Source: a virus
Lineage: Duplodnaviria; Caudoviricetes
Length of the DNA stretch: 55,879 nt
Reading direction: 5' to 3' (one strand)
IMG/VR virus record: IMGVR_UViG_3300036761_000980
Span: 1 to 55,879 of that record
Under the pieces are notes generated by a model. The model searched no databases. It worked only from the letters and a program-made list of their open reading frames with translations, and was not told where the DNA came from. Below, in pieces: positions 50,161-55,879 of this stretch (position 1 is its first letter; each line of letters opens with the position of its first letter). Made by a program: the position numbers and the translations under genes.

Positions 50161-52310
50161 TGTCACAATTCAACGAAGATATTTTTGTAATCGATTCTTG
50201 GCCAAATAATGAGTCAAGAGAAAATGAGTTAATCACCTTAATAGAGAGATTAAGAATATATGATATACCTATTTTATTAGCTGGCCACTACCCAATTAAA
50301 CCTGAAATACAGAAAATGGTAGATTATTGCCTTTATGATAGAAACAATCCATTGTTAATTACTGATGAATTTGCGGATTTTGGCGTTAATAGTGTCAGGT
50401 GGTCAGATACGAAGGATTTTCGTATTGAAAATCTTCGTGAATATCATCATGATTATGCGGTATGGCAAACAATGAAAAATGCTTTTAATTTTTCTAAATA
50501 TCTTGGTAAAAAATATATTCATTTTATAGACGATGATAATTTACCGCATCCTATACAGTATCGCCAGACATTTTTAGAAAGAATTAGAGATTTCGATGTG
50601 GTTATTACTGAGTACGATGAAGGTTCGTCATTAATAACAAATGAAAAACCTTATTGTACAACATATATCTTTTCAATTAGAACAGATATCGCGGTGAAGG
50701 TATTTGACACAATAAAAACTAAAGATGAATTCTTTCGTAATAAGCCAGATAGATGGCAATTAGAGAAAAATTTTTTAAATTCGGCTCGAAAAATTACTAA
50801 TAGTATCTATGTTTGTAAATACATTCCCAATAATAATGAATTAAACAGACACGCAGTATGGGAAAGGCCAGGAATGGACAGAAATAGAATGGATATTCAA
50901 CTTTACTTAGCAGTTAACGATATTGATGATTTATATTTACATACTATTTCAGGCGGCGATTACTTAATAGAAGTGTCCTATGGAAATTATAAAAAATTTC
51001 ATAATGTAACGAAGAATAGTATGCTTGTTTATGAGTTAGGTAAATATCAGCAAGGGAATACAATATTTGTATATTATCAGGGCACGGAAATATATAATAA
51101 TCATTTAGATTATGATATTAATAAATTTCGAGGATTAAATAAAATAATAAGAAAAACGGAAACGCCAAAAGAAATGAATAACACACCCCCAGAAATAAAA
51201 ATAAATTTTCTTGACGGAGCATTTGTCGAAATTAAAGAACAGATGAACAGAATATATCGTGTTCAGTTTATTAATAAAAGAAATAATCAAATTGATTTCG
51301 AATTAGATTTAAAAAGTAATCATTGGGCCAGATGTAGTAAAAAATATTATATCAATTGGTTGATAAGAATACAAGGTATCGATAATGATTTTTATTCTGA
51401 GTATGAAATAAATTTAACAAATAAAAGAGTACTAATTAGTTTTGAATCCAAGTCAATAGGTGATACATTAGCATGGATTCCATATGTTGAAAAATTTAGA
51501 GTTGATCATAAATGTATTGTTATTTGTTCAACATTTCATAATAATTTATTTAAAAATCAATATCCTGAAATTGAATTTGTCGAACCAGGAACAACTGTGC
51601 ATAATGTATATGGACTCTATAGATTAGGAGTCTTTAAAAAAACTGGGTATAAACCAGATCCAAACTCACCTAATGAAGTTGATTATGAAAAACATTTAAC
51701 TGATCCAAAGAAAGAACCATTAACTAAAGTGGCATCAGATATATTGGGTTTAGATTATGTGGAAATCAAACCTAAATTACCTGTATTTACACAAGGAAAG
51801 AAAAAAATAGTTTCTATAGGCACCATCTCGACGGCGCAATGCAAATTCTGGAATAATCCCAATGGATGGCAAGAAGTTGTTAATTTTCTTATTGTAAATG
51901 GATATGAAGTTAAATTACTTTCTAGCGAGCCAGATGGATATATGGGCAATACGAATCCTAAAAATGTAACAAAAATACAAAATAAAAAACTTGAAGAAAT
52001 TTTAAAAATAATCCAAGAATCTGAATTGTTTATTGGTATTAGTAGCGGATTATCATGGTTGGCTTGGGGAACGGGAACTTCCACAATAATTATTTCAGGA
52101 TTTACTGATGATTATGTTGAACCACAAGAAGGTATAATAAGGATAATAAATAAAGAAGTTTGTCATGGATGCTGGGGAAAATATAATTTTGATCCCAGCG
52201 ATTGGCGATGGTGTCCAGTTCATAAAGGAACTGATAGGGAATTTGAATGTACTAAAGAAATTTCATCTAAATCTGTAATTTATGAGATAAAATTAATTCT
52301 AAAGTTATGA
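50160..52310 (+). CDS. TibC/Aah-like autotransporter O-heptosyltransferase domain fused to an N-terminal GT-like domain
   Basis: RVLISFES.SIGDTLAWIPYVEKF, STAQCKFWNNPNGW..V, FIGISSGLSWLAW, ISGFT, and CHGCW...FD..DW.WCP.H....FEC Fe-finger cysteines as in TibC. Confidence 0.85.
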   Translation: MSQFNEDIFVIDSWPNNESRENELITLIERLRIYDIPILLAGHYPIKPEIQKMVDYCLYDRNNPLLITDEFADFGVNSVRWSDTKDFRIENLREYHHDYAVWQTMKNAFNFSKYLGKKYIHFIDDDNLPHPIQYRQTFLERIRDFDVVITEYDEGSSLITNEKPYCTTYIFSIRTDIAVKVFDTIKTKDEFFRNKPDRWQLEKNFLNSARKITNSIYVCKYIPNNNELNRHAVWERPGMDRNRMDIQLYLAVNDIDDLYLHTISGGDYLIEVSYGNYKKFHNVTKNSMLVYELGKYQQGNTIFVYYQGTEIYNNHLDYDINKFRGLNKIIRKTETPKEMNNTPPEIKINFLDGAFVEIKEQMNRIYRVQFINKRNNQIDFELDLKSNHWARCSKKYYINWLIRIQGIDNDFYSEYEINLTNKRVLISFESKSIGDTLAWIPYVEKFRVDHKCIVICSTFHNNLFKNQYPEIEFVEPGTTVHNVYGLYRLGVFKKTGYKPDPNSPNEVDYEKHLTDPKKEPLTKVASDILGLDYVEIKPKLPVFTQGKKKIVSIGTISTAQCKFWNNPNGWQEVVNFLIVNGYEVKLLSSEPDGYMGNTNPKNVTKIQNKKLEEILKIIQESELFIGISSGLSWLAWGTGTSTIIISGFTDDYVEPQEGIIRIINKEVCHGCWGKYNFDPSDWRWCPVHKGTDREFECTKEISSKSVIYEIKLILKL

Positions 52311-52350
52311 TTTTTATAAAATTCTATATATTTATATATAAAAATATAAT

Positions 52351-52500
52351 ATGAAAGTTAAATCAATTTTAATATCAGAAAAAACACATGAAACATTAAA
52401 AAAATTTTGTAAGGAAAATTCGTTAATTTTAGGTAATTGGGTTGATAAGGTTATTTCAGAAGTAATAAAAGAAAAAGATGAAAAGAAAGATAGAAAATGA
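52351..52500 (+). CDS. Small ribbon-helix-helix-like protein (49 aa, not in ORF track)
   Basis: MKVKSILISEKTHETLKKFCKENSLILGNWVDKVISEVIKEKDEKKDRK; ATGA overlap with the downstream endonuclease. Confidence 0.78.
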   Translation: MKVKSILISEKTHETLKKFCKENSLILGNWVDKVISEVIKEKDEKKDRK

Positions 52501-53291
52501 ACGAATATATAAGATTATGTCCTTCTTGCGGAAAGGAAATAAAATATAAAAATAAAAGTCATTGTATTAGAGCAGATATAAAAAATTCAATATGTCAGGA
52601 ATGTCAACAAAAAAAATATCAATCAATTGAAAAATTTATAAGGAATTGTCCTATTTGTGATAAAGAAATAAAATATAAGGATAACATATCTTATGAACGA
52701 AGTATTAAAAAAGATCGGCCATGTTTATCTTGTTATTCTAAAATAGGAGAATATGAAAATAAAACAAATATAAGAAATTGTCCCATATGTAATAAAAAAA
52801 TAATCTATTCTAACAAATATAAATGTAATTACGCTAATTTAAAAAAATCGGAATGTCGTTCTTGTTCAAAATCAGGAGAAAAAGCTCCACTATATGGAAG
52901 AATAGGTGAAAAACACCATAACTTTGGTATAAAATTGACGGATGAACAAAAACAAAAAATGAGATTATCAAAAATGGCACATTTAAAAAAATGTTATGGG
53001 CAATTATCTCCGTTTTATAATCCTCTTGCTTGTCAATATTTTAATAAATTAATGGAAGAAACAAACACGCATATACAACATGCCGAAAACGGTGGTGAAT
53101 TTTATATTCCCGAATTAGGATATTGGGTGGATGGCTATGATGAAATTAATAATGCAATATATGAATTTGATGAAAGACATCATTTCGACGCTTTTGGTAA
53201 TTTAAAAGATAAAGACATACGCCGTCAAAATGAAATCGTGAAATTATTAAAATGTCAATTTCATAGAATAAAATTTAATATGGTATCATAA
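52497..53291 (+). CDS. Homing-endonuclease-like protein: tandem Zn ribbons + NUMOD3-like + PD-(D/E)XK/Vsr-like nuclease
   Basis: Three R.CP.C.K.I.Y...C..C repeats; G.KLTDEQKQKMRLS; GYWVDGYD...IYEFDERHH...D..RQ.EI. Confidence 0.75.
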   Translation: MNEYIRLCPSCGKEIKYKNKSHCIRADIKNSICQECQQKKYQSIEKFIRNCPICDKEIKYKDNISYERSIKKDRPCLSCYSKIGEYENKTNIRNCPICNKKIIYSNKYKCNYANLKKSECRSCSKSGEKAPLYGRIGEKHHNFGIKLTDEQKQKMRLSKMAHLKKCYGQLSPFYNPLACQYFNKLMEETNTHIQHAENGGEFYIPELGYWVDGYDEINNAIYEFDERHHFDAFGNLKDKDIRRQNEIVKLLKCQFHRIKFNMVS

Positions 53292-53303
53292 ATTAAGAAC
53301 TGT

Positions 53304-53486
53304 TTAGGGAACGGTTATCTCGTTTAATTTATTTACAATATTCTCAACCTCTTGTGCTGGCACAACTGTTGACGGCAATGGCGCTGGCTTTGATTTTATT
53401 TCACCATTTTCCACATATGTGATTCTTGCTGGTTGTTGTGCTGGTGATACTATTGTTTTTTTACCTTTACATCCGCATGGACTCAT
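53304..53486 (-). CDS. Small hypothetical protein with N-terminal CGC
   Basis: 60-aa ORF; ATATTTAT upstream on the minus strand (53501-53508). Confidence 0.6.
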   Translation of the reverse strand: MSPCGCKGKKTIVSPAQQPARITYVENGEIKSKPAPLPSTVVPAQEVENIVNKLNEITVP

Positions 53487-53508
53487 ATTAATCTTTTTTA
53501 ATAAATAT

Positions 53509-53540
53509 TTTGTTTTCTAATTTATTTTAGTTTATCTTTG
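53509..53540 (+). promoter_or_regulatory. Bacteroidota primary-sigma promoter
   Basis: TTTG 53509-12, 20-nt spacer, TATCTTTG 53533-40. Confidence 0.7.
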
Positions 53541-53578
53541 TACCAATATTAACAATATTAAACCTAAAAGTAAAGTAA

Positions 53579-54223
53579 ATGGACAAAGATTTTATTCCTG
53601 TAAAAAGTGTTTATAATAGCAACTATGAGGTCATCAAAAACATAATGACTTTATATAAGATTAATCGGTTTGATCTTGATTGTACCTATTCAAGAGGATT
53701 GTTTTGGAAAAATTTGCCTGAGCCAAGAATAAAAACGGATCTAGTCCCAATGACCGATGACACAATACAAGCAGATTCCGAACATCTACCATTTGAAGAT
53801 GGTAGTATGAAAACTATAATGTACGATCCTCCGTTCATAATATCTGGAAAATTATATAAAGAAAACAAAGAAGGTAGTTCAGTAATTGCTAAGAGGTTTG
53901 AAGGATATACAACATATGAAAAATTAACAACTAATTATTATAATACATTACAAGAACTTTATCGGATTTGTGAAAAAGATGGGTTAGTTGTAATGAAGAC
54001 AATGGACACAGTGAGTGGGGGCAAGAATCATTTTACACATGTAATGATTATGAATATGGCGATGAAAATCGGATTTTATCCAAGAGATCTTTTCGTTTTA
54101 GTAGCAAAAATGAGGATCAATTCCTTTGGTGGAAAATGGAATAAACAAGAACACGCCAGAAAACACAACAGTTTTTTCTGGATTTTAGAAAAAACAACAC
54201 CTAAAGTGAAATATTTGTTTTAA
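53579..54223 (+). CDS. Putative amino (N6A/N4C) DNA methyltransferase
   Basis: LDCTYSRG.FW SAM-binding-like motif, D..HLPF, catalytic DPPF, EL.RI...G. Confidence 0.75.
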   Translation: MDKDFIPVKSVYNSNYEVIKNIMTLYKINRFDLDCTYSRGLFWKNLPEPRIKTDLVPMTDDTIQADSEHLPFEDGSMKTIMYDPPFIISGKLYKENKEGSSVIAKRFEGYTTYEKLTTNYYNTLQELYRICEKDGLVVMKTMDTVSGGKNHFTHVMIMNMAMKIGFYPRDLFVLVAKMRINSFGGKWNKQEHARKHNSFFWILEKTTPKVKYLF

Positions 54224-54260
54224 AAATCATATTTATATAAAAAGTAAGATATTTATTAAT

Positions 54261-54422
54261 ATGGGAAGGGAAAAAATAAATCCTCGTAATAAAAAAGTCA
54301 GGGCGACAATTACTATTGATCCTAAAATCGAAAAAATGATTAAGGAATTACATATTAATTTGTCATCTCTGGCAAATGATTTACTATTGAAATATTTTGA
54401 CGAAAAAAAGACGATATACTAA
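54261..54422 (+). CDS. Small CcdA-like ribbon-helix-helix protein (53 aa, not in ORF track)
   Basis: MGREKINPRNKKVRATITIDPKIEKMIKELHINLSSLANDLLLKYFDEKKTIY; clear paralogue of 11929..12090; overlaps the GIY-YIG start. Confidence 0.82.
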   Translation: MGREKINPRNKKVRATITIDPKIEKMIKELHINLSSLANDLLLKYFDEKKTIY

Positions 54423-55080
54423 TCCAATATCCTGTATATATAAAATAACATATGACAAATACATTTATATTGGTAGTACGGCAATATTTTCTAAAAGAAA
54501 ATTTGAACATTTATGGATGTTAAAAAATAATATTCATACTAATCCAATACTTCAAAACATATATAACAAACATGGTAGAACTAGCATAGAAATTTCTATA
54601 GTTGAAGAAGTGCCTATTGAGAATTTAATTGAAAGTGAACAAAGATACATTGATCAATATAAAACAAGTACAGATTTGAGATTAATAAACATTTTATTGG
54701 TGGCGGGAAGTTCTTTAGGTTATAAGCAAAGTCAAGAAACCTGTGATAAAAAAAGAAAGTCTATGTTAGGTAAAAACAAAGGAGTCAAAAGAAGTGAGGA
54801 ATATTGTTTACAACAATCTATTCGTCAAAAAAATAGAGTAATAACTCAAGAATGGAAAGATAAAATTTCTAATACATTAAAAGGAAGGGCAAGTCCTAAC
54901 AAACCTAAAAAATTTATTATTTATAATAATATCACATATTCATATAAAGAGTTTGCAGAAATTGTTAATTGTAATTTAAGTAATCTATATTTAACGACGC
55001 AAAAATATACTGAGAAGAAATATGGATATAAATTTGTTGAAATTAAGCAGGATTCTGAGGTGTTCCAAGGTACATATTAA
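54397..55080 (+). CDS. GIY-YIG homing endonuclease with NUMOD3-like repeats
   Basis: CIYKI...YIGS, R..EH...L....H.N..LQ..YNKHG, E...I, N....AGSSLG.K.S.ET; TTG start; 3' end overlaps the convergent gene. Confidence 0.88.
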   Translation: MTKKRRYTNPISCIYKITYDKYIYIGSTAIFSKRKFEHLWMLKNNIHTNPILQNIYNKHGRTSIEISIVEEVPIENLIESEQRYIDQYKTSTDLRLINILLVAGSSLGYKQSQETCDKKRKSMLGKNKGVKRSEEYCLQQSIRQKNRVITQEWKDKISNTLKGRASPNKPKKFIIYNNITYSYKEFAEIVNCNLSNLYLTTQKYTEKKYGYKFVEIKQDSEVFQGTY

Positions 55081-55402
55081 CTCTATCACCTATTTTCCAA
55101 CCGCTGGCAGTACCTGCGGGGAACTCTATGACATGATCTCCCATTCCTGTATACCGAGGTAAGGTCATTCGGTGAGGGTCTTCTACGGGACAATTATGAT
55201 GAATCATACTGATTCGTTTATTAAGAACAAAAACAATATCTAATGGGACTAGGCAATTTTTCATCCAAAATGAATGATGTCCTTTTCCCATTTTAAATAC
55301 CATACATCCTTCAAGTTTATCTCTGCCCATCATACCCCTGGCAAACTCTTCGGGCTTCGATAGATATTCAGCGGAAAATTGTTTATCGTTTATAATAACC
55401 AT
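55043..55402 (-). CDS. DUF192-family protein
   Basis: RGMMGR..L.GCMVF, FWMKNC.VPLDIVF, VIEF.AG pattern; start reset to ATG 55402, 4 nt after ATATTTAT. Confidence 0.8.
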   Translation of the reverse strand: MVIINDKQFSAEYLSKPEEFARGMMGRDKLEGCMVFKMGKGHHSFWMKNCLVPLDIVFVLNKRISMIHHNCPVEDPHRMTLPRYTGMGDHVIEFPAGTASGWKIGDRVNMYLGTPQNPA

Positions 55403-55473
55403 ATTGATAAATATTTGGAAATATAAATAATTTTCCTTATATTTCATAGTATAAAATCAATAGAAGAAAATAT

Positions 55474-55879
55474 ATGAAAAAATTAATGGCGCCTATTAAG
55501 TTCTTCGGTGGTAAAAATCTTATGTTCAGTGAGATAATGAAATATTTTCCTAAACCAGAGGAATATAATTGTTACATCGAGAGCTTTGGTGGAAGTTTTG
55601 CTCTCGGTTTGAAAATTGATCCAATTCCCCCAATTCAAATGTATAATGACCTCGATCAGAATGTTTATTCATTATATAAAGTACTATCTGATCCCGATAT
55701 GTTCAAATCATTCAAAGATAAATGTGATTTGGTTCTCTATTCCGAAGATATTCGGTCCGAATTTAAAGAGAACCTGAAACGAGACGATCTTTCAATAATT
55801 GATCGGGCGTTTAATTTCTTCTACGTAAATAGGACATCACATAATGGCGTCGGTGGTTTTTCTAAGAACACATATGTCA
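55474..55879 (+). CDS. Second Dam-like DNA adenine methyltransferase, 3'-truncated (not in ORF track)
   Basis: MKKLMAPIKFFGGK...YIESFGGS...YNDLD.NVY.LYKVL, open to the window end. Confidence 0.85.
   Translation, partial: MKKLMAPIKFFGGKNLMFSEIMKYFPKPEEYNCYIESFGGSFALGLKIDPIPPIQMYNDLDQNVYSLYKVLSDPDMFKSFKDKCDLVLYSEDIRSEFKENLKRDDLSIIDRAFNFFYVNRTSHNGVGGFSKNTYV

Noticed and set aside
1-55879. Stop-codon reassignment, tRNA or rRNA genes
   Set aside because: Genes are full length in code 11 with TAA, TGA and TAG all used as stops; no cloverleaf or rRNA-like segment seen.

Overview
AT-rich, densely coding fragment of a large (jumbo-type) tailed phage genome, standard genetic code. TTTG-N19/20-TAnnTTTG promoters, the lack of Shine-Dalgarno sites, an Hc1-like protein and a FISUMP domain point to a Bacteroidota host. 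Order: virion/beta-helix proteins (1-8.4 kb); replication and recombination genes (RuvC, primase, PD-(D/E)XK exonuclease, gp47/gp46-like nuclease, sigma-70; 8.5-19.7 kb); a probable lysis/membrane block with a degenerate amidase; head-associated and small genes, a Dam-like MTase, AAA ATPase and glutaredoxin; two Gly-Ser-Thr collagen-like fibre proteins and a FISUMP/cadherin protein, followed by a glycosylation/methylation cluster with a TibC/Aah-like heptosyltransferase; then more MTases. Main observations: (1) all four free-standing homing-endonuclease-like genes (2 HNH, 1 Zn-ribbon/PD-(D/E)XK, 1 GIY-YIG) are preceded and overlapped by an unannotated ~50-aa ribbon-helix-helix (CcdA-like) ORF behind an ATATTTAT motif; (2) a candidate virion O-glycosylation system with a recurrent [S/T]-G-x-T motif in structural proteins; (3) a candidate -1 frameshift at T TTA AAA AAA AAA TAA; (4) a hairpin burying the start codon of the giant fibre gene. 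All family calls come from reading motifs by eye; no searches were run.
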